Shown: positions 13,291 to 26,881, counted from the first letter of the stretch. The stretch is 64,000 bases of DNA from Octopus bimaculoides (GCF_001194135.2 NC_068981.1:190179151-190243150); one strand, 5' to 3'. Notes: generated by a model not told the origin, from the letters alone. Program-made: numbers and translations.

Positions 13291-13739
13291 GAATATGGTA
13301 CTTAAGTTTAGGCACCAGAATTTAGTACGGTATTATCCAGTTTCAAAATAAGGTGATTAAAATCAAAATAAGCAACAAAGATATTCAAAGGTAATGCAGT
13401 ACGATCGTTTCATGTGACTCCATTTAATTGAGCAATGTAAACATTACATTAAATATAAAATGTAGAGCAATCTTCAGCTGCACAAAGATATAGAAATTTA
13501 ATGAAATAACATTTAAACAGAAGGACATATCTTTATAATTAAATCTAAACTCTTCAAGTAGAAAGGAGGAAAACAAAAAAGCATTTTGACTTAGCAAGCC
13601 CATACAGGCAAGTGCACACATGTTTCTGGCTTGATAGACATCATCAGCTGAAAGATTGTTCATTCTTATCTCCAGAAGCCAAAGGACTTTGGCTTATTCA
13701 TTGCAGAGTAGAGAATGGCATGGTGTAGCAAAGTATTGT

Positions 13740-13813
<74 letters not shown>

Positions 13814-14849
13814 TGTGGGAGATTCAGACAAAGAATGACTTGTGGTAGACGAAGGGAATAGAGCCAGTGTTGGATGTTATGAAGAGAAATGGGATGAAAG
13901 GGTTGAGACATGTGTTGATGAAAGATGAAAGTGAGAGGAGTGATGATGGAAACAAATGTGAAGAAGGTAAAGAAAGGATATGACCAAGAAGGACATGACT
14001 AAAGATGATGGAAGAGAAAATGAGTGGAAGGAAGTTGGTGAGGTGGGGATATAGGGTAGAGGACGAAATGGCAAAAAAATGCCATGGTGCTTCTTGCAAC
14101 ACTAACCTCTGCTTTAGAAGAGAAAATGGCCTTAAAACTCTCATTGTTGTTGTTGTACACATCCACTGCTACCACTGCCAATACCACCACCAGCACAAAG
14201 GCACTTCCCTTATTCTTCACAATCTATAAAGAAAATTATTCAGATTCGTATTTTGTCTGAAGAGTCTGGGTTTCTTCAGAAGATGTCTATGTCAGAATGC
14301 AATACAAGTGTCACTAAAGAATATAAACAAATTTGAAAGTTTGTTATCTTTGGGTTCATTTGGAATTTCAGCTTTGCAGACTTCAATTTGTCTATTGTGA
14401 AATCAATAGACATAAGTTGATAGGATTCTAAGAACACCTCAACTCCACACTCAAATATTTTGAAATATCTTCTTTTCTAGTTAAACCCTAATCACAAAGA
14501 TGACTTTTCTTCCTTTTTTTATTCCAACTTCTTATAATCTTGATATCAATATCTTTATATTAATTCTTCATTTTGATAATAGAAAAAAAATACTTTGAGA
14601 AACCTTTTAAAGAATTGGAATCAACTCAAAATGAAAAAAATATCTTTCAAAAAGAACCATATAGAAAGAAATCTTACCGAAAATGTTCTTGTGGTTCCAG
14701 TATCTTCAAGTTCTCTTCTAATCATTCGTAATACCATCAGTTGTTTTTCTTCTCCATTCAATCAAAAATACTACTTCAATAGTTTTGTTGCATTTCACAA
14801 GGAAATCTAAGTCAACTTGATCTTTAAGTAAATATCTTCCACAAAACCA

Positions 14850-15310
<461 letters not shown>

Positions 15311-15789
15311 ATTATTATTATTATTATTATTGTTCAGTAGTTTTATTTTTATAACGTGCTTTCACTTCACTACCGAGCGCAGCTCTGTGCGCCTTGGGTA
15401 TGTGCTGTGGTTTGCTGTGGTGCTCTTATGGTTACTGTATTGAAAGTGTTTTGCGTAGAATGTGTGCAGTACCCAGTAGTGCAATTTTCTGTATGTTTAT
15501 TATTATTATTATTATTATTGAATGAGAGAGCAGCTCAAAGTGAATCTGGGATTCAAATATATGAAACCCAATATACCCATCATGACCAGGCACATACATC
15601 ACAACCACATGCGCATGACATGGTAATCTCATATTAAGTAAAGGAACACATGACGTTGCAGGAGGGTCCCAGTAAGAATTTTCTTCACTTTCAGTGGTTA
15701 AGTTGCTTTCATCTCCTTTTCCACACATTCTGTGTTTGTTCTGTGATTGAGTTTTATGAAACTTTTACTCTATCAAATCTGTACACACG

Positions 15790-16215
15790 TGTGCAAGTGT
15801 GTGTATGTGAGTGTGTGTCCGTGTGTATATGTGTGTGCGCAAGTGCACGTGTGTGTGTGTGTGTGAGTATGCATATGTGTGTGTATGTATATGTGTGTGT
15901 GAGTATGTATGTGTGTGTGTGTGCATGTGTATATGCATGTGTGTGTGCCTGTGTGTATGTAAGTGTGTTCATGTGTGTGTGCACATGTGTGTGCACGTGT
16001 GTGTGCACGTGTGTGTGTCTGCGTTCACGTGTGTGTGTGTGCACTTGTGTGTGTGTGTGTGTGTGTGTATGCACGTGCCTGTATGTATGTGCAACTGTAT
16101 GTATGTGTTCATGCACGTGTGTGTGTGTGCACGTGTGTGTGTGTGTATGTGTGTTTGTGTGTGTGTGTGTGTGTATGTGTGTGTGTGTGTGTATGTGTGT
16201 GCGTGCGCGTGTGTG
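15790..16215. repeat. compound (GT)/(ATGT) microsatellite field
   Basis: Direct inspection; similar fields at ~30170-30880, 41485-41940, 54245-54515, 55170-55390. Confidence 0.95.
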
Positions 16216-16628
16216 TGTCCTGGTTGCTTGACAACCAGTATTAGCTTTGTTCCCATCCCCATAGCTTAACAGTTCAACAAATTTTTTTTTAAAAATTGGT
16301 AAAATAAGTACCAGACTTTAAGAATATTGGGTCTAATTTGTTTGATTGAAGCCCTTCAAGGCAGTGCCCCAGCATGGCCACAGTCCATTGACTGAAACAA
16401 GTGAAAGATGAAAGATAATAAGTTGGAAGGAGAAAATTAAATGTGTTTTGTGTTTAATTAAATGTAAATACGTTAGATGTTATTTTGAACATAATTACTC
16501 ATTTACTCATTAACAATATTGGCTGCAACAGTTCAATCATCCGACTGATGAAACCCATTAATCGTAGTAATTAATCATTCATTAACCTCATCAATGAAAA
16601 ACACATTAAGCTCCCCATTTAGTGTATT

Positions 16629-18085
16629 GACCTTGCTCTTATAGCTGAATTACTACCAGAACTAGAGAAGTTCCAGGTATGGAAGCAAGGTCTAGAATTG
16701 AAGGGCCTTAGAGTTAACCTAGTAAAAACCAAAGGAAGGAAGACAAATCACAAATCTCTTCAGGTGGACGGCCCTGCTCAATCTGTAGAAAACGTGTAAG
16801 TAGAAACTCCCTAAGTTGCACCCAGTGTAAGCTTTGGACACATAAAAGGTGCAGCAATATCAGGGGAAGGTTAACAGGAAAACTAGCTTTTGTATGTGGA
16901 AGATGCACAGGTACAATAAATGATGAAAATAGGCAGAAAATAGACTCCATCAACTGCCAGTGGGGCAAGCTAGAGGTTGTAGATAACTTCTGTTATCTAA
17001 GTGACCAAGTTAGTAGTGGATGTGAATGCTCTGAGAGTGTAGCTGTCAGAATAAGATTAGGCTGGGCAAAGTTCAGAGAGCTCCTACCTCTGCTGGCAAC
17101 AAAGGGCCCTTTCTCTCAGATTGAAAAGCAGATTGCATGATGCATTATGTGTGCAGATTGAATGTGTGCGAACAGCCATGCTGCATGGCAGTGAAACATG
17201 GACTGTGACAGCCGAGAACATTTGTAGGCTTGAAAGAAATGAAGCCAGTATGTTTTGCTGAATGTGCAATGTCAGTGTGTATGTTCAACAGAGTGTAAAC
17301 CTCTTGAGAGGAAAGTTGGGCGAAAGAGGCACCAGATGTGGTGTGCAAGAGAAACAACTGTACTGGTATGGTCACGTGATGCGTATGCATGAGAACAGTT
17401 GCGTAAAGAAGTGCCAATCTCTAACTGTGGAGGGAACCTGTGGTAGAAGTAGACTCAGGATGACATGGGACAAAGTGGTGAAGCATGATCTTTGAACTTT
17501 GAACTTCACAGAGGCAATGACCTGTGACCAAGACCTTTGGCAATATGCTGTGCTTGAGAAGACCCATCAAGCCAAATAAAATTGTAGTCATGTCTGATGT
17601 TAGTGCCATGTAACTGGCATGTAAAGAGCACCGTTCTAGCCTCACTTTGCCCCACAAAGGCAAAGCAGCTAAGTTCCTTTTGAATGTTGGACATCCTGGA
17701 GGCAAAGCAGTGGAGTTCCGTTTGAGCACTAGGCTTCACAGAGGCAAAGTGGCTGAGTTCCTTTCAAGTGTTGGGCCTCAGAGAGGCAATGACTGAGACC
17801 TTTGGCGTTATGTTGTGCTTGAGAAGAAGACCCATCAAGCCGATCAAAATCGCAGTTGTCACAGATTCTGGTGTCACGCAAATGGCACCTCTGCTGGTGG
17901 CACATAAAAGCACCCATTACACTTTCAGAGTGGTTGGCATTAAGAAAAGCATACAGGTATAGAAAATCATTCCAAATCAGACTGGATTCTGGTGCAGCCT
18001 TCTAGCTTACCAGCCCTGTTAAACTGCGCAACCCATTGCCATTATGGACAATGGATGTTAAATGACGATGATGATGATGATAGAT
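16629..18085 (+). mobile_element. RTE-clade LINE, 5'-truncated, degenerate ORF2 with Cys-rich insertion plus 3' UTR
   Basis: DLALIAE..PELE, WPCSICRK..RNS..CTQCKLWTHKRCS, VDNFCYL, GWAKFRELLP, AMLHGSETW, LYWYGHVMRM, TWDKVV; UTR ends in (GAT)n. Confidence 0.9.
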
Positions 18086-18389
18086 GATGATTCCAAAGAT
18101 TTTATATGGACCCTCAAGGGGCATATGGACGCTGGTTAAGAACCACTGATCTTCATCATCATTATCATTATAACGTCCATTTTTCCTTGCTTGCATGGGT
18201 CAGATTGAATTTATTGAGGCAGATGTTCTACAGGAGGATGTCGTTCCTGTTGCCAACCTTCACCCATTTTCAAATAAACTAATATTTTCCCAAGACCAAA
18301 AGAGAGGGGGGCACTCCATGTATGATGGTGACACTCATTAACAACTATCATATGATGTCTAGATGAACATGCAGCAACACACATAGAAA

Positions 18390-18795
18390 CGATTACTGGT
18401 GGAATGTACCAGTAAAGACCTCAATAAAATATGAGCACAACAGACCTGATATAATGATTTGGGATAGAGAAGAGAAACTGTGTACAGTTGTGGAAATTAG
18501 CTGCCCAGTAAATGTTAGCATAAAGCTGAAGATCAGTGAAAAAGAGAACACCTACACTGAAATATTGAGAAATGTGCAGATTACAAGTTCAGGTTTATAC
18601 CTGTAATTATTGGGGCACTGAGATATGTAACACACTGCCTAAATACCAATCTTGAGAAATTAGGCTTCTCAAAACTAGAAATTAAAAAGCTAATTCGAAG
18701 ACAACAGATCGAAACCATCACTGGAACTGTAAAAATCTGTAAAACGTTCCAGAAGTTTATCCTTTAATTATATATGAGCATGTCTAGATATGTAA
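18390..18795 (+). mobile_element. RLE-type non-LTR retrotransposon 3' end, second family
   Basis: WWNVPVKTSIKYEHNRPDIMIWDREEKLCTVVEISCP...FIPVIIGAL...GTVKICKTFQKF; second copy at 54515-54845. Confidence 0.8.
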
Positions 18796-19295
18796 CTATN
18801 NNNNNNNNNNNNNNNNNNNNNNNNNNNNNNNNNNNNNNNNNNNNNNNNNNNNNNNNNNNNNNNNNNNNNNNNNNNNNNNNNNNNNNNNNNNNNNNNNNNN
18901 NNNNNNNNNNNNNNNNNNNNNNNNNNNNNNNNNNNNNNNNNNNNNNNNNNNNNNNNNNNNNNNNNNNNNNNNNNNNNNNNNNNNNNNNNNNNNNNNNNNN
19001 NNNNNNNNNNNNNNNNNNNNNNNNNNNNNNNNNNNNNNNNNNNNNNNNNNNNNNNNNNNNNNNNNNNNNNNNNNNNNNNNNNNNNNNNNNNNNNNNNNNN
19101 NNNNNNNNNNNNNNNNNNNNNNNNNNNNNNNNNNNNNNNNNNNNNNNNNNNNNNNNNNNNNNNNNNNNNNNNNNNNNNNNNNNNNNNNNNNNNNNNNNNN
19201 NNNNNNNNNNNNNNNNNNNNNNNNNNNNNNNNNNNNNNNNNNNNNNNNNNNNNNNNNNNNNNNNNNNNNNNNNNNNNNNNNNNNNNNNNNNNNNN

Positions 19296-19361
<66 letters not shown>

Positions 19362-19922
19362 TACATACATATATTAGGTTGACTCACATGAAATGTCGCA
19401 CTTGAAAAAGGAATCATGAAAATTATTTTTTAAATTCTAGAATATTTATTTATTTAATCAAAATATGATCCTTGTTGATTTATGATCTTTATCCAACGTT
19501 CCTGTAAGACATATATTCCATCTTCAAAGAATTTATCATCTTTTACACTGATAAACTGTTTGAATGCTTCAATGACCTCTTCTTTATTTAAGAATGTTTT
19601 ATTGCTTAAGTGTTTAAATATGTGATAACACTAAGAACAAAATTTTTGCTACTATTAGAAAAAATGGTGCTCATATGTAATTTTGGAGTGCTGATTCCGA
19701 ATCTGCAATCATTTTTGCTCTAGCTTGTCACGTTTTTGTGCTATTATTATTATACTGCTATCAAAATTACAATAATGTGAAAATTCATGACAAATAAAAT
19801 GAATGTTATGTTAAGCATAAATTACTGTTATTTTGTATAAGAATAATAGCAACTTGGTGGACAAGTAGCGCTAAAACCAATAAAACAAAAGTGTAAAGTG
19901 AATATTATTAATTTTATGTTTT

Positions 19923-21621
19923 TCAAAAATAGCTTTGGCGTCTTCTTTTACGCTTCTTTTGCATGTCCATTTCTCGTTTTAAAAACTACCAGTAGTCCGT
20001 CAGCATGTTTGGTGTAAGTCTATCACTGTAGCAGCTTTCTAGCTTTTTGATTTCTTGATGAAATTATTCACCATGCTCATTGCCTACATCACCCATATTG
20101 GGTGGCAAAAAAAAGATGAGAGTGGAGAAAATGAATTTTTGGAGACATTCTTGCCCCAAGTTGTTTATAAACTTTCATAAGATTATTTACAATTACAACA
20201 TAGATGATTTTTCATATCCCAAAATATTTTTTACAAGAGAAACAAACATTTCCCAAGCAGTTTTCTCTACTGGGCTTAATTTTTCTTGAAAAAGCTCATC
20301 ACAAATTAGTGTGAAAATTTCTGGTCCATTAAAATCACCAGCTTTGATCTTAGCCAGAAACTCTTGCTAGAAACAAATTTTTCACTGAGATATTTGAATC
20401 CTTCATGTCTTCATCCATGGCTTTAACAAAATTCTTAAACAAGCCAAGTTTAATGTGTAAGGGAGGAAGGTAAATTTTCTGAGGGTCAACTAACGGGATA
20501 TATTTAACATTGTATCTCCCTGGAGTGAAATCACTTCTCTTTGGCCACTATTTTTTGATTATAGTGATGCTTGTCATCTCTGCTGTTCCAAAGGCACAAA
20601 AAGCACCGATGCTTTGTATACCCCATTTGCAACCCAAGAACCAAACCAATAACTTTCAAGTTCCCACATATATTCCACTTGTGCTCAGAATATTTAATCA
20701 AGTGCAAAATTTTATCCATTGATTCATTAAGTTTCCTTTTATCCTACAGCATGTGCCAGTGGTATTGAAGGTTTTTGATTGCCATTATGCAGTAAAACAG
20801 CTTTTTGGCTTGCTTTGCTGGAATCTATGAAGAGTCCCCATTCTTCAGGATTATGGCCATACCCATCTCACATGGGAGTCCTTTAACATCACAACAAAAA
20901 CAAATACCGTCTTTCTCCATAAAAATTTCATGCAATTCTGTATGCCATTTTCGAAAATATGAGCATTTTCCGCCATTGTGTAAAAGATTTCATTGTTTCA
21001 ACCTGGAGCCCAGTAGTTCTGACTTTTCTTTGGTTAGACCCAATTCTCTAACTAAATCATTTAACTCAAATTGACTTAATAAATGAGGGAATCTTTTTGA
21101 AGATCCGGATTCATCACGGTGATCTGCTGTATCACTTGGCATGCCTTCAATTGAAGTAAATGTCGTACTTTCTTCACTTAAACTATCTTTGTCAAAAGAT
21201 GAAGGAAGTTCTGGAATTGGAATATTTTCAGCAGCATGAGCAACTGGTTTCTAAAGCTGAAGGGCAATCTAGATAAACAATATTGGATTTATTCTTCGTA
21301 GAGAAACCTGTGATGTTAGTTAAGCAGAAATAACAGTCGGTATGTGTAGTGGCTTGTTAGTTTGTGCCATATCATTAGTACTGCAAATGGCACACTTTTC
21401 CGTTTACCATAAAGCCATTGGCTTAGTGCTATGTAGCAGTTTTTGCAACAAACATGAGGCGCCCACAGTTTATCTTGGTTCCAAACTTTGCACCCAAAGT
21501 AAAACTTGTAAGTATTTAAAAATTTCTTTGTAATCTTATTTCTCTGATCTTTTGGTGTAAATTTTCCACACACGTAACAAAAGCTGTCCGGGTGATTAAC
21601 GCAAACTTTTCTGCTCATCAT
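19923..21621 (-). pseudogene. Chapaev3-like transposase pseudogene (frameshifts and stops)
   Basis: MSRKVCVNHPDSFCYVCG...WAPHVCC..C, DCYFC, ELNDLVRELGL, LFIDSS (~20824), ICGNLK (D to N), GYTKHRCFLCLW, PPLHIKLG, NEHGE.FHQ, MLTDYW. Confidence 0.85.
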
Positions 21622-21669
21622 AAATACATACAGTAATAACCTAAATTAACACTCAAAGAAGCCTATCCC

Positions 21670-21933
21670 CATCATCATCCTCATCATCATCATCGTCATC
21701 GTTTAACGTCTGTTTTTCATGCTGACATGGGTTGGACGGTTCGACTGGGGTCTGGGAAGCCAGGAGGCTGAACCAGGCTCCAGTCTGATCTGGCAGTGTT
21801 TCTACAGCCGGATGCCCTTCCTAACGCCAACCACTCAGAGTGTAGTGGGTGCTTTTTATGTGCCACCAGCACAGGAGCCAGTCAAAGTAGCGCTGGCATT
21901 GGCCACATTCGGATGGTGTTTTTTACGTGCCAG
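21670..21933 (-). mobile_element. RTE-tail retroposon inserted upstream of the Chapaev3-like ORF
   Basis: Reverse complement of the (GAT)n-tailed family lying between the ORF start and the right terminus. Confidence 0.85.
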
Positions 21934-23190
21934 TAAACTAAAATATAAAATTGATCAACTGTAAATATTACTATAAAACATCAAAATATATTTCTCAAAA
22001 ACAAATTCTTGAAACTATTATAGAATTTTCCCCATCTCTAAATTTCAAACATTGACCACTTGAATAAATAATTAAACTTACTACTAAACTACTTTTCATA
22101 CCACCTGACTCTCTTATTTGATATTCTTTGTTTTAACAGCACTAGCAGTTATCAAGGAAAAGGAGTTTGGGTGGCTTACTATAACCTAATATCAATAGCC
22201 TAGTGTCTGGAGAACTTTAGTATAATTACAGTGATAACAAAGTAAAATAAATTCTCGTCTTGTGAGGCAATTTAACATGTAGCCTACATTTGCCTCTATC
22301 AGCTCTTATTTTTGTTTCAGTGATGAGTATATAAATGAAAATTGAAAGCAAATAGCCTTCTACTTTGTTAATATTATCAATTGGTTGGAAAATTTGATGC
22401 TGTGAATAACTAAAAAACTACACATGCTGTCTGAAAACTGATGTCAGATTCGGATTCAACACTCTAAAATTACCCTAAATCAGCTGAAAATGTTTAAATA
22501 GCATGACAATTTTTTTTTCTTTTTTTTTTCCCAGTGTAATCAACAGGAGAGTAAGGAGGATGTGCCAAAATTGCATAATTCAGGCTTTGCAACTTGTGGA
22601 CCATTTCTATTCACTAATCTGGGTTGCTTCTTTTTCAAATTCTCATGCATACAATCAATTTCCTGACAATAGGATGTTGCTGTTACAGTTTTTTCTTGTT
22701 GCAAAAATGAATAATGAATAACTTCCTTTGTTGACCACCATACAGTGACCATCAACTTTTTAGGGTGCAATGGTGGTTTTGGGCAGTGTCTTGGTAACTC
22801 TTCTGCATCTAACTATGGTCCTGTCCTCCTGTTGCATCCATTTCTCATTTACACATAATGAGTCGATACAAAAATGGTTCTCTTTCCAGCTGAGAAATCA
22901 ACATGGAACGCACTATTGTAAGGCGTCTGTTTCTTTGAATCTCATTAAGTTGATGAGGAACAAGTTTATCCATAGCCATAGACTAATGACCGAAACAAAG
23001 AAAAGACAAAAGATACACACACACACATACACACACATACACACACACACACACACATTGGCATTAGGAAGGGCAGCCAGCTGTAGAAGCCATGTCACAA
23101 CAGACAACTGGAATCTGGACAGCTCCCTGGCTGTTCAGCTCCTGTGAAACCCTCCAACTGAAACCAGCATGGAAAAATGACATTAAATGA

Positions 23191-23224
<34 letters not shown>

Positions 23225-23557
23225 GGTGGTGGTGGTGATGCACAAAGTGTGAAATAAAAGAGAGAAAGAGAGTGAGAGATAATATCTGTTGTAGAGTTAA
23301 CTCGCAAATGTAAACAGCCTAATCTAGCAGATCTGTATTTCATCTGTGCGTTTCTGCAGAAAAAAACAATTAGATGCAAGCCACATAAAACCATGTTCTG
23401 CTAAAGAATTAATAATCAGCTACTGATTAACTTACCTGTAATAATACATGTCACAGATATTGAATATAGAATGATGAATAGCAAATACGAGTTTGGAAGG
23501 ATAAAGATAAAATTTAAATCTTGTCAAGACAGAGAGAAACTTAAGCCTTGATATATA

Positions 23558-23597
<40 letters not shown>

Positions 23598-23647
23598 CAA
23601 AAATGTAAATCACACTTCACTGTAAGTATATGTGTGTGTCTACACCT

Positions 23648-24204
23648 ACGAGGGTGAGTCAAAAAGTAATGCCATTTTGTTTAGGACAGGTATAATTACC
23701 AACACAGGAACATGTATCATACATCAAAATGAAGCTGGTCGTCGGTGGATCACATCCCTACTTCTCAACATAGTCACCATTTCTCTCAGTAGCAATGTTC
23801 CACCTTCGAATGAGAGCATGTATCCATGTCCCATGAAATTCTGTTGACTGTTCTTTGAGCCACTTCTTCACTACAAAGTGAAAGAGACAACACCTTCTTT
23901 CGAAGACTCTTAACAGGTGATGCAACATGGGTTTGTCATTATGAACCCGAATCAAAGTGGCAGTCAATGGAATGGTGCCACTCTACATGACCACTACCGA
24001 AAAAGTTCAAGATGCAAAAGTCAGCTGGAAAAATCATGGCAACTGTCTTTTGGGATGCTCAAAGTGTCATTCCGGTTGATTTCTTGCCAAAAGGAAAAAC
24101 AATAAACTCATAATAAGCTTCATTTTGATGTATGATACATATTCCTGTGTTGGTAATCATACCTGTCCTAAACAAAATGGCATTACTTTTTGACTCACCC
24201 TCGT
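23648..24204. mobile_element. non-autonomous mariner derivative with 89-bp terminal inverted repeats and internal inversion
   Basis: 23648-23736 and 24116-24204 are inverted repeats with 2 mismatches; minus strand encodes ...RWNIATERNGDYVEK stop, plus strand encodes GDATWVCHYEPESK...AGKIMATVFWD. Confidence 0.9.
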
Positions 24205-24759
24205 TAGGAAGGGCATCCAGCTGTAGAAACTCTACCAGATCAGATTGGAGCCTGGTACAGCCATCTGACTTGCCAGTCCTCAGTCAAACTGTCCAACCCA
24301 TGCCAGCATGGAAAGTGGACATTAAACGATGATGATGATGATGATATGTATATATNNNNNNNNNNNNNNNNNNNNNNNNNNNNNNNNNNNNNNNNNNNNN
24401 NNNNNNNNNNNNNNNNNNNNNNNNNNNNNNNNNNNNNNNNNNNNNNNNNNNNNNNNNNNNNNNNNNNNNNNNNNNNNNNNNNNNNNNNNNNNNNNNNNNN
24501 NNNNNNNNNNNNNNNNNNNNNNNNNNNNNNNNNNNNNNNNNNNNNNNNNNNNNNNNNNNNNNNNNNNNNNNNNNNNNNNNNNNNNNNNNNNNNNNNNNNN
24601 NNNNNNNNNNNNNNNNNNNNNNNNNNNNNNNNNNNNNNNNNNNNNNNNNNNNNNNNNNNNNNNNNNNNNNNNNNNNNNNNNNNNNNNNNNNNNNNNNNNN
24701 NNNNNNNNNNNNNNNNNNNNNNNNNNNNNNNNNNNNNNNNNNNNNNNNNNNNNNNNNNN

Positions 24760-24790
<31 letters not shown>

Positions 24791-24857
24791 ATCAAGATTA
24801 ACAGAATGAGATAAAAACCCAAGGCTTTGAAAGATTTCATAATATTTATAAAAAGAA

Positions 24858-24906
24858 GGTCTTACAGCTGTTCCAGGGATATTTTATATATCTCTTCATT
24901 AGAGAT
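24858..24906 (-). ncRNA. degenerate hammerhead of the same family as 51256
   Basis: ATCT-CTAATGA-AGAGATAT...ATATCCCT-GGAAC-AGCT-GTA-AGACC; flanks ~24790-25020 match ~51175-51365. Confidence 0.6.
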
Positions 24907-25277
24907 GGTGCAAGAAAATGTTTAAGTAATAGTTATTATAGAGAAGATATGAAATAGAGAGTGAATTGGAGGAATGAAAACAGACATGAGATATGCAGGG
25001 ATATTGTATTTGCCGTATATATTTGTACACATATTTTTGAGGAGATTCTGCATAAAACTGTAATATTGTTGGCTTATGTTGTTTTCATTTCTCTCAAAGT
25101 TGGTGTCATGTAGTGCTGAGTAATAATGAGTTGGTGATGGCTCCTTGTAATTAAAGTAGAGTCAGGTAACAAGAAGAAGTGGTGAGGAACGAGATGACAA
25201 GGGATTGGCAGCTAGTGAAGAGACCTTATGAAGGAGACGGTCCATCCATTAGATGCAAGTATGGAAAATGGAGGCTA

Positions 25278-25278
25278 A

Positions 25279-25310
<32 letters not shown>

Positions 25311-25877
25311 AGTGATGATAGTGATGAGGATGAGGATGAGAATGATAGTGATGAGGATGGTGATGAAGCCATTGCAGGATGACATTGAGAATGGCAATGA
25401 AGATAATGATGAGGGTGATGATGATGATAACGATGATTATAATGATGATGATGATGATAATGATGATGATGATGACACTCATAACGATGACAATGAGGAC
25501 GATGCAGAGGAGAATTGATGATGGGAGGAGGTGGAGGAGGACGGTGATTATGATAATGGTAGCAATGACAATGATGATGATGATGATGATGACGATGATG
25601 ATCGTGATGATGATGAGGATGATGACGATGATGGTGATATTGCTACTCATGATGATTAGAAAGAAGAGGAGTAGAGGAAGGAAATTTATTTGGCCAGAGT
25701 TTCCATCCACTTTTGCTCCCAACCCAAGACTATGACAAAAGACACTGGCCCAGAATGCCACAAGTTGGGGTTGAACCCAGGAACACATGCCTTAATGCCA
25801 GTCATCCCAACATACTTAAAACATTTCTATCATTGTTTTGCTTTGTAGAATACATCATCATCACCACCACCACCACC

Positions 25878-25939
<62 letters not shown>

Positions 25940-25979
25940 TCTCATCATCACCACTACCACCACTACCACCACCACCACC
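25278..25979. repeat. (GAT)n and (CAT/CAC)n trinucleotide fields
   Basis: Direct inspection; similar fields at ~46100-46260 and 63615-63870. Confidence 0.95.
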
Positions 25980-26881
25980 NNNNNNNNNNNNNNNNNNNNN
26001 NNNNNNNNNNNNNNNNNNNNNNNNNNNNNNNNNNNNNNNNNNNNNNNNNNNNNNNNNNNNNNNNNNNNNNNNNNNNNNNNNNNNNNNNNNNNNNNNNNNN
26101 NNNNNNNNNNNNNNNNNNNNNNNNNNNNNNNNNNNNNNNNNNNNNNNNNNNNNNNNNNNNNNNNNNNNNNNNNNNNNNNNNNNNNNNNNNNNNNNNNNNN
26201 NNNNNNNNNNNNNNNNNNNNNNNNNNNNNNNNNNNNNNNNNNNNNNNNNNNNNNNNNNNNNNNNNNNNNNNNNNNNNNNNNNNNNNNNNNNNNNNNNNNN
26301 NNNNNNNNNNNNNNNNNNNNNNNNNNNNNNNNNNNNNNNNNNNNNNNNNNNNNNNNNNNNNNNNNNNNNNNNNNNNNNNNNNNNNNNNNNNNNNNNNNNN
26401 NNNNNNNNNNNNNNNNNNNNNNNNNNNNNNNNNNNNNNNNNNNNNNNNNNNNNNNNNNNNNNNNNNNNNNNNNNNNNNNNNNNNNNNNNNNNNNNNNNNN
26501 NNNNNNNNNNNNNNNNNNNNNNNNNNNNNNNNNNNNNNNNNNNNNNNNNNNNNNNNNNNNNNNNNNNNNNNNNNNNNNNNNNNNNNNNNNNNNNNNNNNN
26601 NNNNNNNNNNNNNNNNNNNNNNNNNNNNNNNNNNNNNNNNNNNNNNNNNNNNNNNNNNNNNNNNNNNNNNNNNNNNNNNNNNNNNNNNNNNNNNNNNNNN
26701 NNNNNNNNNNNNNNNNNNNNNNNNNNNNNNNNNNNNNNNNNNNNNNNNNNNNNNNNNNNNNNNNNNNNNNNNNNNNNNNNNNNNNNNNNNNNNNNNNNNN
26801 NNNNNNNNNNNNNNNNNNNNNNNNNNNNNNNNNNNNNNNNNNNNNNNNNNNNNNNNNNNNNNNNNNNNNNNNNNNNNNNNN

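Larger units (their letters stand above)
19629..22536 (-). mobile_element. full-length degenerate Chapaev3-like DNA transposon
   Basis: CAC...GTG termini, 3-bp TAA target duplication (19626-19628, 22537-22539), subterminal inverted motif gtaatttt.gagtg.tga.tccgaatctg at both ends, internal transposase relic. Confidence 0.8.
19374..22990 (-). mobile_element. mariner transposon split by the Chapaev3-like insertion (pieces ~19374-19628 and 22537-22990)
   Basis: Right piece HPKKLMVTVWW...HPPYSPV; left piece YHIFKHL...DGIYVLQERWIKIINQQGSYFD stop; TIR-like ta|ttaggttgac at 19372. Confidence 0.85.

Noticed and set aside
14400-14830. Possible degenerate L1/Tx1 or mitochondrial-derived sequence
   Set aside because: No diagnostic motif could be read in any frame.
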